Below the pieces are notes generated by a model. That model made no database searches, was not told the origin of the DNA, and was given only the letters and a program-made list of their open reading frames with translations. Positions 33,001 to 41,762 of a stretch of DNA of 64,000 nucleotides are shown piece by piece. This DNA is from a virus. Position numbers and translations under genes: made by a program. The number at the start of each line of letters is the position of its first letter. Position 1 is the stretch's first letter. The DNA is taken from the IMG/VR virus record IMGVR_UViG_3300021375_002698. One strand, given 5' to 3'.

Positions 33001-34235
33001 GCAGTAACAGCATCTGGAGCCTTAATAGAAACTGTATTTGAACCATTAGAATCTAATTCACTTAAAACTAAAGATTTAGCATTGTCTAAAACTACGTTGT
33101 TTGTAAATGTTGAAACCCCTGCATTTGAAATTGTAAGTCTATTATTACCACCTCCACCAGTTTCAAAAACTAGAGCACCAGCAGCATCTGTACATGTTAG
33201 ATTATTGTTTCCATTTCTTGAGAAAGTAATCTTTGCACCACCCTGAATTCCGATATTACCATCTGCACCTTGGAATCTAGCAATTTCAGAATCATCGCCT
33301 GTATCGACTACATGTAAAACTTTAGAAGGAGTAGCAGTTCCAATACCAACTCTATTGTTTGTAGAATCTACTTTTAAAACTGAAGCATCTACAGTTAAAT
33401 CACCTGCAAATTCACCAGCACCGAATGCTACGTTACCAGCTGTTCCACTAAACACCTCAGATGAGTTTGTTGCGTCTGGAATAAATGTAAACTTAGAAGT
33501 TGAATCATCATAACCAAAGAAGCCAACTTTAGCTGCAGATCCATTATGCCATCTAAATTCTACACCACGATCTTTATTATCATCACTGCCAGGAGCAGTA
33601 TCACCACCCAAAGTTATGACTGGATCATCTACAGTCTGCGTAGTAGAATTGATAGTTGTTGTTGTTCCGTTAACTGTTAAGTTACCAGTAACTGTTAAGT
33701 TGTCACCGATTGTAACTTCAGAAGTTCCATGTCCAATGTTAATAGCAATTCCACTCGTTTCAGTTGCTATTTTTAAAGCACCAGTTTGATTAGTGATATA
33801 TGAATTTGTACCATCATGATATAAAGTCATATCTAATCCAGCGCCAAACTGGAATTTATCGCTATCTGGAACTATTAAATCACCAGATGAGTTAACTGTT
33901 AACGCTTTGCTTGCTTCTGACGTGCCTAACGTTGTGATATCTAAATAGTTTATCTCAGCTGTAGTTACTGTAGCACCATCTAGTTTATTTAGTTCTGCAG
34001 CATTCGAAGTAACACCTAATGATATCAAAGCATCACTTGGTTGTTCGTGAACAAAGCTTGTCCCGTTGTAAACTAGAAAGTGATTGTTAGCTATCGCAGG
34101 TGACGTTCCAGTTAAGTCTACGTTGCGTAAGTCACCAATGTCTGCTAAAGCTAAAATGCTTTCTGCTAAAACAACCTCGTTACTAACAACTTGAACGTTT
34201 TCGTTTTGTGCATCATCAATTATAAAATTTATCAT
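27027..34235 (-). CDS. Very long modular fibre protein (tail or head fibre), 2402 aa
   Basis: G/A/S/T/D-rich; NNRVGIGT, DAATKSYVD, GDRVLLKDQ..QNGIY and TLPDG-G--QVL-T-GSG-L-W modules; internal duplications. Confidence 0.8.
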   Translation of the reverse strand: MINFIIDDAQNENVQVVSNEVVLAESILALADIGDLRNVDLTGTSPAIANNHFLVYNGTSFVHEQPSDALISLGVTSNAAELNKLDGATVTTAEINYLDITTLGTSEASKALTVNSSGDLIVPDSDKFQFGAGLDMTLYHDGTNSYITNQTGALKIATETSGIAINIGHGTSEVTIGDNLTVTGNLTVNGTTTTINSTTQTVDDPVITLGGDTAPGSDDNKDRGVEFRWHNGSAAKVGFFGYDDSTSKFTFIPDATNSSEVFSGTAGNVAFGAGEFAGDLTVDASVLKVDSTNNRVGIGTATPSKVLHVVDTGDDSEIARFQGADGNIGIQGGAKITFSRNGNNNLTCTDAAGALVFETGGGGNNRLTISNAGVSTFTNNVVLDNAKSLVLSELDSNGSNTVSIKAPDAVTADVTLTLPDGVGTNGQALTTNGSGVLNWTTISPGSSTLASLSDTNISSPSAGHILIHDGSNSFDNVTLSGDATISSAGALTIASDAVEGSMLNDNVISGQTEMTGDVADTDELLISDAGTIKRADFSVVRDAIYNDISGDATVAAGGALTIAANSVQDSMINDDVATGLAGDGLAASSGVLSVGVDDSSIETNSDALRVKAAGITNAMLSGSIADSKLNTISTAGKVALSSLEIDGGTDIGAALVDADLIVVDDGAGGTNRKSTLTRVKKYIYSAMSGDATASDEGALTISANAVEGSMLNDNVISGQTEMTGDVVDTDELLISDAGTIKRADFSVVRDAIFNDISGDATVAAGGALTIGANSVEKAMVNSNVVTGQTELSSKDDNGNDAVLVWDNSASALKKMTLNTLLSGTGSSGNLSNVVEDTTPQLGGSLDVNGQDIVSISNGNITLTPNGSGVVRIDGTSGIDMQSGSISVKNSGSVSNVKLYCEVGNAHYTQLQSAAHGSYSGNVTLTLPTSTGNLVGTGDSGTVTNTMLAGSITAAKMNNAIFADLETLGAPASDGQFIVATGSGAFAYESANTARTSLGLGTGSSPTFTSLTLSGQAAALAMNSQKITGLATPTADGDAATKSYVDSVAEGLDVKDSVHVASTANIASLSDGCDAGATIDGVTLVAGDRVLLKDQSTASQNGIYVVAADGVSPSRGADMEAASSAAGVFVFVEEGTANADAGFVCTSNAGADTVGTHSLAFTQFSGAGQITAGSALTKSGNTLNVAVDDSSIEVSSDALRVKASGITSAMLAGSIANSKLNQLTTANKVALSSLDLDGGTDIGADLVDADLIVVDDGAGGTNRKSALSRIKKYVYSSISGDATASDAGALTIASGAVETAMVNANVITGQTAETSIHNDDLVLIYDDSASALRKMTKANFVSGLGSGSTAADDISAGDAAVTITTTSGDTNIKSAAGDVLIEAENNAKKVTIKGDHESSTAIHLDGNANAASIVDIDAGVLDIDATAGITMDGTTLSIDGTDDSNLTVTGSAKDLDISVAGGGTQELRLTSAGTGASALHLNASAGGINIDSADMIDIDAADEITIDTTSADGHIAITSAHTAGEAILISANADAGSILNIDAGIMDVDVQGTYTLDATGISLDSDAASNFTTSSGALTLSGAGGVNINGGLGSTGVTISAAGAISADGRIITDDTTNATSTTDGAIQTDGGLSVALDVVIGDDLLLKSDNSVLHFGADSEVTLTHDPDVGLLLKNTETGDDKPVRLTLISGESELSNGEVVGSIDFKATDTTGFTGVISSIESVTKTTFSSTAKNNTKLSFKTSTGGNAAAEVMSIDHVGYLTVSGGLGVSGDTSTFSSANSTDPLVIIKNTTNDANGARLRFVKDKGAAGADNDVAGLIEFYADDDNQDQIKFAEIKAQVADASNGAEGGKLTLSVAEHDGTLTQGLLLSDGSADGEIDVTIGAGTSSTSTVAGKLSLGGITYDFPTSDGSANQVLKTDGSGNLDWVAQSGGGSTAADDLTAGDAAVTIATSLGNITIDAQAGDSDIIFKGTDGSSDITMLTLDGSDAGTAIFNHDIKMPTSGAVLSMGPSDDVKITHVENSGLLITLDSDGDGSYDPKLELKAEHTDGYGPNLILNHSESDGATDTIYKISGKARNDAGNSKIFTSIDGRKITHGNGSEDGRLMLYVMAAGTLTTAVNIDGSNGGTTSFSNDIKLTSDSSVISLGAGNDATLTHDGTTGLTIAATPISIDSTGELHLNSTTGDIKFQDGGTDQLALDLDGTAGEVIMKLMVDSDDFVFQQYDGTEVFRVEDSGEFNTTGNLVIKNQKEIRLSEGSGNGTNYLGFKAPAAVTSNVTFTLPDGDGSANQVLKTNGSGTLSWTAMSGGGGGFTYSAITSTTTAQAEYHYSVSTSGGAVTLNLPARSGVTAGKEIRVKLTAAGNDLTIDGNGSETIDGSATLVLNVANQSVTLVAGSSTNWEVV

Positions 34236-34263
34236 TTTTTTTGATTTTCCTTTTTAAAATAAA

Positions 34264-36255
34264 TTAGTTAACTTTTTTCCATATATATACGTTTTTCGTA
34301 CTGCCATCAGGCCCTATAAAATTACTATCTTTATAAAGCTCAAAAGTTATTATTCCACCAGAAGTCGATGCCATAAGATCTACACCCGTATAATAATTTT
34401 TATTATCATAGTTGCTTAGAGAGTCTATAGAACCTGATGCGCCGCTTTGAATAAATACAGCATTAGGCTCAGAATTTGAGTATGTCGTGTTACCTGATAA
34501 GCCTGCTTTTGCATCATTAGGATTGGTATATATATATAGTCTATTGAGCTTACTATTCGTGCTTACGTTTGTAAGATTATTTACTTTTATTTGAACTTTA
34601 GATCCTAAAAGAGAAGAGTCTACAGGAGGCATATATAATTTATAGTTTTGTGATGCAGAATTTGCTGTATTAAGCCAAGCAGTAAAATTCATACTCTGTG
34701 ATGTCCAGTTAATATTAGGTGTTGTATTAACATCTGACAATATTAAAGTTGCTGAAGGTGTTGTATTATTTATTGTATAAGTATTAGAACTTGCTGAAGT
34801 TGTATTTATATTCAACATTTGAGTTGCAATATAGTTCTTGACACTTCTTTGTGTAGGTACGTCAACTCCACTATTTGATGTAAAGTCATCTTCATCTAAA
34901 ATAGTTACCCAATCAAGACTTCCATTTGCATCTGTAGTCTTCATTATACGATTAGCAGCATTACCGTCTGTATCAGGTAGAGTTAAATCATAAGAAGCTG
35001 CTAATGCAGGAGATTTCAAGTTAATGGTATCAGTACCACCACTTTCTTGAATTTTAACGCTTTGTTTAGCCAATATATTATCAGCTTCTGCTGTAGAAAA
35101 CGTTGCTGTTCCTGTTACAGTTGGAGAATCTAAAAGTTGTGAAGGTTGTGATATCGCATAATAATAGTTTGATGCACCTTTTTGTTTTATTCCGACAATA
35201 TCTAACCAACCTGCTTTAAAGTCTGCTGCTGATATTTCTAGGCATTCAAATGCTAATCCTGATCCTGAGTTATTACCATTTTGTGAAGCAGTAAAGAATG
35301 TTGTAGTTGCATCATTTGTAGCTCCTAGATTATTCCAACCAGATCCTGATATGATTTTATATGTTTTGCCTTGTACTATATTTGAAAACGTAACTACTCT
35401 ACTAGTAGATGCGTCCCAAAAACTATTGCCAATTACTTCGATATCATCTCCACTTAACTCAGGAGCAATAAAAACTTTACCTGCAATTGATCTTGCTAAT
35501 TTATATCTTATTCCTTTTGTAGGATCCCAATCAAACAAAGAAGTATCATTTAAAGAAGTCGAGCTAGTTAAGTTATTCCAGTCTGGTAAAATTACGTAAA
35601 AATCGTCACTTCCTTGATATTGACTTATTCCGCCTGTTAACATTACGCTTTCATTGTTTTTTGAAAAAGTGAATGGGCTTGTTTTTGATATTGCTTTATA
35701 ATACCAAGTAGTGTATATAGGAGATAAACTTACTTCGCCGAAGTCGTCTGGTAAAGTTATGACTCGATCTGCTGTTGGATCTTCAACTTGAAGTGTAGTT
35801 TCAAAGTTATTAGAAGTTAGACCTTCAAATACAAATTTATAATCTTCAGCAACGTTTAGTTGTTTTGTACTGCTATCTGCTGATAGACCTGTAATTCCTG
35901 AAGATGTAGGTGCTGCCCAAGTGCCATCTGCTCTTAAAAAGTTTGTTGTATTATTTGCATTACTAGCTGTACTTATATCTAATACGTTTAATTCTGCTAA
36001 AGATGCTGTAATTCCTAACGCAGATATTACATCACCACCTACTTTGTTTTCCCATTTAGATGAAGTGTTATTATACACTAACATATGATTTGAAGCTACT
36101 GCATTTAAAGTCACATCACTTAAATGATCAATATCACCTAAGGATAATATGTCTTCTATAGGAACATAATCATTGTTTTTAGATAATGCTTGAGTTTCAT
36201 AAAATAAGCTCTTTGTTTCATTTTTTATTTTTAAATATTTTTGTAATATTGACAT
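34264..36255 (-). CDS. Fibre-like virion protein
   Basis: LSDV, DPTADRVITLPD and VPTQRSVKNY fibre modules. Confidence 0.7.
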   Translation of the reverse strand: MSILQKYLKIKNETKSLFYETQALSKNNDYVPIEDILSLGDIDHLSDVTLNAVASNHMLVYNNTSSKWENKVGGDVISALGITASLAELNVLDISTASNANNTTNFLRADGTWAAPTSSGITGLSADSSTKQLNVAEDYKFVFEGLTSNNFETTLQVEDPTADRVITLPDDFGEVSLSPIYTTWYYKAISKTSPFTFSKNNESVMLTGGISQYQGSDDFYVILPDWNNLTSSTSLNDTSLFDWDPTKGIRYKLARSIAGKVFIAPELSGDDIEVIGNSFWDASTSRVVTFSNIVQGKTYKIISGSGWNNLGATNDATTTFFTASQNGNNSGSGLAFECLEISAADFKAGWLDIVGIKQKGASNYYYAISQPSQLLDSPTVTGTATFSTAEADNILAKQSVKIQESGGTDTINLKSPALAASYDLTLPDTDGNAANRIMKTTDANGSLDWVTILDEDDFTSNSGVDVPTQRSVKNYIATQMLNINTTSASSNTYTINNTTPSATLILSDVNTTPNINWTSQSMNFTAWLNTANSASQNYKLYMPPVDSSLLGSKVQIKVNNLTNVSTNSKLNRLYIYTNPNDAKAGLSGNTTYSNSEPNAVFIQSGASGSIDSLSNYDNKNYYTGVDLMASTSGGIITFELYKDSNFIGPDGSTKNVYIWKKVN

Positions 36256-36273
36256 ATTTTTTTCCTAAATTTA

Positions 36274-38868
36274 TTATAGTTTATATGAATCGAAATAGTA
36301 ATGATAGCCTGCTATAGAGCCAGAGCCAGAAGAGTACATAAATTCACCTTGCTTTAAATAAAACTTAAATTTATCATTTTGACTTTCTTCAACAAAATTA
36401 CCAGAATTAGATTTTAAGCTTATATTCTGATTAGTTTCACATATATTGTTTCCAAATAGTCCATGATGTCTTCCACTATTATCATAAGTTTGACTATAAC
36501 AATGCAAGTCAAGAATCTTGTCTGAACTGTAGATTTGTTCTTTTGTAAAATTACTCTTATTAGCAATTCCAAATCCTACGTAACCCGTTGTTGAACTTGT
36601 AAATTGAGAAAATCCACAGCTTGAGTGTGATTTAAATCTAATTTCAGGTCTTTTTCCATTACCATTATATTCATTTGTAGGACCTGTAATTCCTGAAGAA
36701 TCAATATTAATTGTAAAACTTTCAAATAATTTAATAAAAGTAGTTTGTAAAAGCTCATTACTTGAGTCTATTTTTGCAAGTGGAGGTAATACTATATCGA
36801 TATGTGTCGACATTGGCCAGTTGCCAGAAAGATTTATCTTTATTACTTTGTTAATATACTCTGGATAAGCCTTAGTTAAATTAATAGTGTTTGAAGAAGA
36901 AGTTAAATTAAAAGTTTCTGCAACTTCACTGTCTATGTCTGAAGTCCTTATTATTTGATTTGATTTTGCTTCTTGATCAACATAATTTTTTACGCTTAAT
37001 TGTGACGGTACTGTTATGTCATCTGAGCTAGTCCATTCTGAATTGTCAGTAGTTGAAGGATCTACATTTATTACTGTAACATTCGCTTCTTGGGCACCAC
37101 TAGATGTATCTGTTGATAGATAGCCTAAAAGTCTATTTCTAGATATTGTTGCCAACTTACTAGTAGTAATGCCATTATCTTTTACTCTTAACTTACCATC
37201 ACCACCACTACCTGTGTTTGTCTCAATTGTTGAATCATCAACCATATCTGATAATAAATCACCAACTGTAGTTGACTTTGTTACGTTACCAGTATCAGAC
37301 TCATCTTTTATTGCTAATACGTCGTCTTTAGCAACTGTATTAATGTCAGATAAATTATTATCTATATCAAGTTTAAAAGCGCTACCAACTAAACTTATAC
37401 CATCACCAGCTCCAAATGATCCAGCACTTGAAAAAGATGACCAAATAATGCTGTGAGTTCCTACAGTATCACTACCATCTGGAGATATACATACAAAACC
37501 TTTTTTACCGTTTGTATCACCAGAAGCTACAAATACAAATACACCTGATGCTGTAGATAAACCATTGTTAAAGTCGCTTGTTCTTGTTAAAACAAAATCA
37601 GTAGATCCATTTCCTAACGTTGTTATTTCATAAATACCGTTTTGAGTTTGAGTTGATTGATCTTTTACCAAAATTCTATCACCCACAGCAAAAGCAGGAC
37701 TAACGTTTGAATCTACAGTAAATGCTCCATCTGATAAAGCTGTCAATGTTGTATTTGTTGCAGTTACTGCTAAATTTTGTGTTGTAGCAGCTTTTACTTC
37801 TTGAAAAGGTTGTAAACCAGATGCAACTGAGTCTACGTAACTTTTTGTTGCAGCATCTGTGTTTGCTATAGGATCTGCAAGATTTGTTACTTTAGCACTT
37901 GATACATTAATGTTACCCGTACCATTTGGATCCAAAATAATATGACCATCAGTATTTGTAGATGAAATTGTATTACCGTCTATTGTAATATTGTCAACAA
38001 CTAAACTGCCTAAGCCAGCAATATCTGACACAGTAGAGCCTAAAGATATAGCTGTGCTACCTATAGTGATTGATGAATTTGTCAATTTACTGTTGTCAAT
38101 CGATCCAGCAAGCATGCTGCTATCTACAGCTCCAGATGCAATAGTTAAAGCACCACCTGCTGCAATAGAAGCATCACCAGTTACACCTGCAAATATTGCG
38201 TCTTGAAGATTAGAAAAAGTAATTTTCTTTTCAGTCCCACCATTAGAAAATATAAAATGATCATCATCTTGATGTAAACCAGTTCCATCTAAAGCATTAT
38301 ATCCATCAATATTTAGTGTTGCGTCTAGTCCAGAAACAAAGTTAGCTTTAGTAATTTTTCTTAGCGCTGAAGCTGACGTGTCGTAAACTAAAACTAAGTC
38401 ACTATCTGCAATTGCATCTTCAACATCAGTTTGACCTGTTATGACGTTTGCATTTACCATTGCTGTTTTAATAGAATCGTCTGATATAGTTAAAATGCCA
38501 GCTGAAGAAATTGTAGCATCACCACTTAAAGCAACATTTTTTAACACAGTTGAATCATCTGAACTGTAAACTAAAATATGACCTGTTGAAGGATTTGTTA
38601 CTGTTGCATCTGTAAGATCATTTAATGAAAGTGGACCACCACCGCCAGAAGCTGTAGATGCTATTGTGTAGTTTTTATTATCAGCGCTATATGTAATTGT
38701 AATATTATCGCCTGCTACTAATAGCTCGTTATCTGATATGTTTTTTAATTCATCTGTAAGTAATTTGTCAAAATTACCGTTAGTAAAATATGCATTTGCC
38801 CATTTTCTTGAAGAAACGCCTAGGCTTCCTTCATTGTTTACTCTTGGGACTAGATTTTTAGTTGCCAT
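36274..38868 (-). CDS. Fibre-like virion protein
   Basis: LG-SS-KW, DAATKSYVD and GDRILVKDQ..QNGIY modules shared with the 2402-aa protein. Confidence 0.7.
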   Translation of the reverse strand: MATKNLVPRVNNEGSLGVSSRKWANAYFTNGNFDKLLTDELKNISDNELLVAGDNITITYSADNKNYTIASTASGGGGPLSLNDLTDATVTNPSTGHILVYSSDDSTVLKNVALSGDATISSAGILTISDDSIKTAMVNANVITGQTDVEDAIADSDLVLVYDTSASALRKITKANFVSGLDATLNIDGYNALDGTGLHQDDDHFIFSNGGTEKKITFSNLQDAIFAGVTGDASIAAGGALTIASGAVDSSMLAGSIDNSKLTNSSITIGSTAISLGSTVSDIAGLGSLVVDNITIDGNTISSTNTDGHIILDPNGTGNINVSSAKVTNLADPIANTDAATKSYVDSVASGLQPFQEVKAATTQNLAVTATNTTLTALSDGAFTVDSNVSPAFAVGDRILVKDQSTQTQNGIYEITTLGNGSTDFVLTRTSDFNNGLSTASGVFVFVASGDTNGKKGFVCISPDGSDTVGTHSIIWSSFSSAGSFGAGDGISLVGSAFKLDIDNNLSDINTVAKDDVLAIKDESDTGNVTKSTTVGDLLSDMVDDSTIETNTGSGGDGKLRVKDNGITTSKLATISRNRLLGYLSTDTSSGAQEANVTVINVDPSTTDNSEWTSSDDITVPSQLSVKNYVDQEAKSNQIIRTSDIDSEVAETFNLTSSSNTINLTKAYPEYINKVIKINLSGNWPMSTHIDIVLPPLAKIDSSNELLQTTFIKLFESFTINIDSSGITGPTNEYNGNGKRPEIRFKSHSSCGFSQFTSSTTGYVGFGIANKSNFTKEQIYSSDKILDLHCYSQTYDNSGRHHGLFGNNICETNQNISLKSNSGNFVEESQNDKFKFYLKQGEFMYSSGSGSIAGYHYYFDSYKL

Positions 38869-38959
38869 CTAATTAATCTCCTAATATTCTTTTATAATTA
38901 TTTATCATAGTTTGTTTATATTAACTATTAATAAAATAATTTATTTAATTCTTTTATCA

Positions 38960-39532
38960 CTAAGCTTTAGGAACTATATGATCATAACCAGACAACGTTG
39001 TATCAACTTCAAAAAACTTATCTAATACACAATCTTTATTTGACAAAGTATATCTTGAAAAATCTTCAGCACTTGTTATAGCATCTAAAGTTGAGTTATA
39101 CTCATTAAATTTTAGTTTTCCAAAATCCATAGCAAATAGTCCAGTATCACCGTCAATTATATTTGTAGGTATAAGATTATTTACATCAGCAGGATCAACT
39201 TCCCACATGCTAGAAGCATTACCTTCTGCATATAAACTACCACTAATAACTACATCACCACCAAATACAGTAACAGTATTAGCAGTACCAGCTTTTTTAG
39301 ACCCAGGAATACCATCGATATAAATAAACGTATCTAAACCTACATTTGCTAGTCTACTTGTAAGTCCAGTAGAAAAACCACCAACACTATCTGTAGCGTT
39401 TGCAATTTCTGATCCTCCAGAGCCTATTTTATCTGGATATACAATTAATTTAGGCTCAGACTCTGTAGGATTATTACCTATTATTTTTCCAGTTCTTGCC
39501 TGTTTTGTTAAAAAATCCCTAGCCATTATCAA
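38960..39532 (-). CDS. Hypothetical virion protein
   Basis: FGGDVVISGSL beta-repeat motif. Confidence 0.55.
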   Translation of the reverse strand: MIMARDFLTKQARTGKIIGNNPTESEPKLIVYPDKIGSGGSEIANATDSVGGFSTGLTSRLANVGLDTFIYIDGIPGSKKAGTANTVTVFGGDVVISGSLYAEGNASSMWEVDPADVNNLIPTNIIDGDTGLFAMDFGKLKFNEYNSTLDAITSAEDFSRYTLSNKDCVLDKFFEVDTTLSGYDHIVPKA

Positions 39533-39537
39533 GTCTC

Positions 39538-39759
39538 CTAAGATGTTTGTTGTATAGCAACATAATTTATTTCTAAACTACTTTCTAGTGGATTACTTAC
39601 ATAAACTGTAATGTAAGTCGTCGTTACATCTAATAAATATACGTTAACATCTTCTTTACAACTTATATTAACCACAGGAGTTGAGTCAAAAATCTCAGAG
39701 AAGTTAATCTGTATACTTTCTTGATTAGCATTTAATGTTGCTTTGCCTTTTTGAATCAC
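39538..39759 (-). CDS. Small beta-rich protein (H-type-lectin-like fibre accessory)
   Basis: INF-x-x-x-F-x-x-x-P-V-V...YVA pattern; GTG start; similar to the adjacent gene. Confidence 0.5.
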   Translation of the reverse strand: MIQKGKATLNANQESIQINFSEIFDSTPVVNISCKEDVNVYLLDVTTTYITVYVSNPLESSLEINYVAIQQTS

Positions 39760-39764
39760 GTTAA

Positions 39765-40088
39765 TTAGCTTTCGTCATTTGGATAAATATGCACATGAAC
39801 TTTACCTGTAAAAGGTGCTGAAGATCCTACTGTTACAGATATTGTAGTCAAACTAGTTATAAATACATTAACGTTTTCATCTTCAGGAGATATAACACAT
39901 ACAGGTATTGAAGTATAAAAAGCAGGATCTTTAAAAGTATATATGCCAGTTTCAGCATTGTTAAAGTTAATTGTTGCAACTTCAACAGTGCTTGCTCCTC
40001 CTGCAGCAATCTTTCCGTATACAGGTGCTCTTCTAAGAAGTGGATAAGTATATCTTACTCTGTTGGCATCTATTCTAGTTGTAGGCAT
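39765..40088 (-). CDS. Small beta-rich virion accessory protein
   Basis: ENVNVFITSLTT resembles EDVNVYLLDVTT of the neighbour; AAGGAG RBS. Confidence 0.55.
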   Translation of the reverse strand: MPTTRIDANRVRYTYPLLRRAPVYGKIAAGGASTVEVATINFNNAETGIYTFKDPAFYTSIPVCVISPEDENVNVFITSLTTISVTVGSSAPFTGKVHVHIYPNDES

Positions 40089-40102
40089 TTAGTACTCCTT
40101 AT

Positions 40103-41446
40103 TTATAATTTATTAGCAACTATATTTGCTAATTCTGATCTGTAACCTTTTGTAAAGTTAATATGACCTGTTACTTTCTCTTCTTTTAACTTTTCTATAA
40201 CTATTGTTAAACCATTACTGAATTTGTTTACATAAGCTAAATCAACTTGATCTATATCACCTAGTAATACAACTTTTGAATTTTTACCAGTTCTTGTAAT
40301 AACTGTTTTTAATTCATGCACTGTTGCATTTTGTGCTTCATCAACAATAATAATAGAGTCATTAAAACTTCTACCTCTTATATATGACAGAGGAGCAACA
40401 TCTATTTGACCTTTTTCCATCATTAAATCAAAATACATTAGGTCTCCAAACTGATTTCTAAAGTTGTCTACTATAGGCGCAAGCCAAGGAGACATTTTTT
40501 CGTTTAAAGTTCCAGGCAAGTATCCCATATCTTTACCCACAGTCTGTATGGGCCTTGTAAATATTATTCTCTTTTTTTCTTCTTTTTCTATTGACTTTAA
40601 AGCTGTCATTAGAGCAAGATAAGTTTTACCACTTCCAGGCATGCCTGTAAGCGTGACTAAAGGAATATCTTCGTCTAGTAACAACTCTAGAGCAAATATC
40701 TGTTCTTTATTTTTAGCTTCTACGCTAGACATTCGATACAGATCTTGTTTTGATTCAAGTATTACAAGATTTGTATCTTTTCTTTTCATAAGACATGACT
40801 GATTACTTCCATTGTCTGACTTAAGTACAACAAATTCGTTCTCAACTATTTCAATTTCATTAAAAACTTCTTCTGTTAACTTCAAGTGATTACCTGAGTA
40901 TGCTTTGTTTATTATGTCTGAATCTACTGTTAACGCTTTAAACCCGGGATATAAACTATCTGACTTTATAAATTTGTAGTCTGCGTTATAATCATCTGAT
41001 CTTATACCAACAGCATCACATTTAACTCTTAAGTTTATATCTTTAGTTATTAGAGCTACGTGATTGTATTCTGTATTTTTTTTAACAATACTATTTACTG
41101 TTGCGATTATTATATTGTCATTGTACTTTAAATCAAGCCCGTCAAGACCTTCCCAGTTAACTTCTGACAATACTTTGATGTTTATATCATTCTCTTCATG
41201 ATATACTCCCTCGTGTAAACTTCCTAACTTTCTTAAGTCATCTAGAAATCTATTTATAAATCTAGCATATTCTCCCAATATTCCTTCTCTTGACTTAAAT
41301 TTGTCTATTTCTTCTAAAACAACAAGTGGGATTATTATATCATTCCCACTTAAGTTAAATAATGCACTTTTATCATAAAGTAAAACACTCGTATCAATAA
41401 CAAACAATTTTCTTTTATCACTTTTACTCAGCAAAGAGTTAAACAT
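40103..41446 (-). CDS. phoH: PIN-PhoH (PhoH2-type) protein
   Basis: PIN motifs VIDTSVLL and TKDINLR; Walker A GMPGSGKT; GYLPG, IRGRSF, DEAQN; start moved to ATG 41446, which follows GAAAGG. Confidence 0.92.
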   Translation of the reverse strand: MFNSLLSKSDKRKLFVIDTSVLLYDKSALFNLSGNDIIIPLVVLEEIDKFKSREGILGEYARFINRFLDDLRKLGSLHEGVYHEENDINIKVLSEVNWEGLDGLDLKYNDNIIIATVNSIVKKNTEYNHVALITKDINLRVKCDAVGIRSDDYNADYKFIKSDSLYPGFKALTVDSDIINKAYSGNHLKLTEEVFNEIEIVENEFVVLKSDNGSNQSCLMKRKDTNLVILESKQDLYRMSSVEAKNKEQIFALELLLDEDIPLVTLTGMPGSGKTYLALMTALKSIEKEEKKRIIFTRPIQTVGKDMGYLPGTLNEKMSPWLAPIVDNFRNQFGDLMYFDLMMEKGQIDVAPLSYIRGRSFNDSIIIVDEAQNATVHELKTVITRTGKNSKVVLLGDIDQVDLAYVNKFSNGLTIVIEKLKEEKVTGHINFTKGYRSELANIVANKL

Positions 41447-41510
41447 TGTAAAACCTTTCAATTTGTAATACAATAGTAAATATAAGTTAAAATTGAAAGG
41501 TTTTACAATG
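41444..41510. promoter_or_regulatory. 21-bp perfect inverted repeat forming a mirror-symmetric divergent promoter/RBS region
   Basis: 41444-41464 CATTGTAAAACCTTTCAATTT is the exact reverse complement of 41490-41510; 25-bp spacer. Confidence 0.85.
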
Positions 41511-41762
41511 CCCAATAAAGAAATGGAAAGTTATACTTGTTTTAAAGTTCATGAATTATTAAACAAGTCTTGTGCTAATATTAAATGTAGATATTGGCAC
41601 GATTCTTGTAGTAGCAACAACTGCATAATAAACAAATCAAATGGTAATTCGCATACTTTACAGGAAATAGGCGATTTATTTGACATAACAAGAATGAGAG
41701 TATGTCAAATTGAAAAAAATTCTATAAAAAAAATAAGAAAAAAATATTTAACTCTTTCCTAA
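41508..41762 (+). CDS. Stand-alone sigma-70 region 4 HTH protein with Cys-rich N-terminus
   Basis: TLQEIGDLFDITRMRVCQIE is a region 4.2 motif; start moved to ATG 41508, which follows GAAAGG. Confidence 0.8.
   Translation: MPNKEMESYTCFKVHELLNKSCANIKCRYWHDSCSSNNCIINKSNGNSHTLQEIGDLFDITRMRVCQIEKNSIKKIRKKYLTLS

Noticed and set aside
560-38206. Short plus-strand ORFs in the track across the structural region (and 25805..26038, 36576..36758 on the minus strand)
   Set aside because: They are shadow or out-of-frame ORFs lying within long minus-strand genes.
27027-38868. Diversity-generating retroelement template/variable repeats
   Set aside because: The duplications are internal in-frame modules whose differences are not obviously adenine-specific, and no reverse transcriptase is present.
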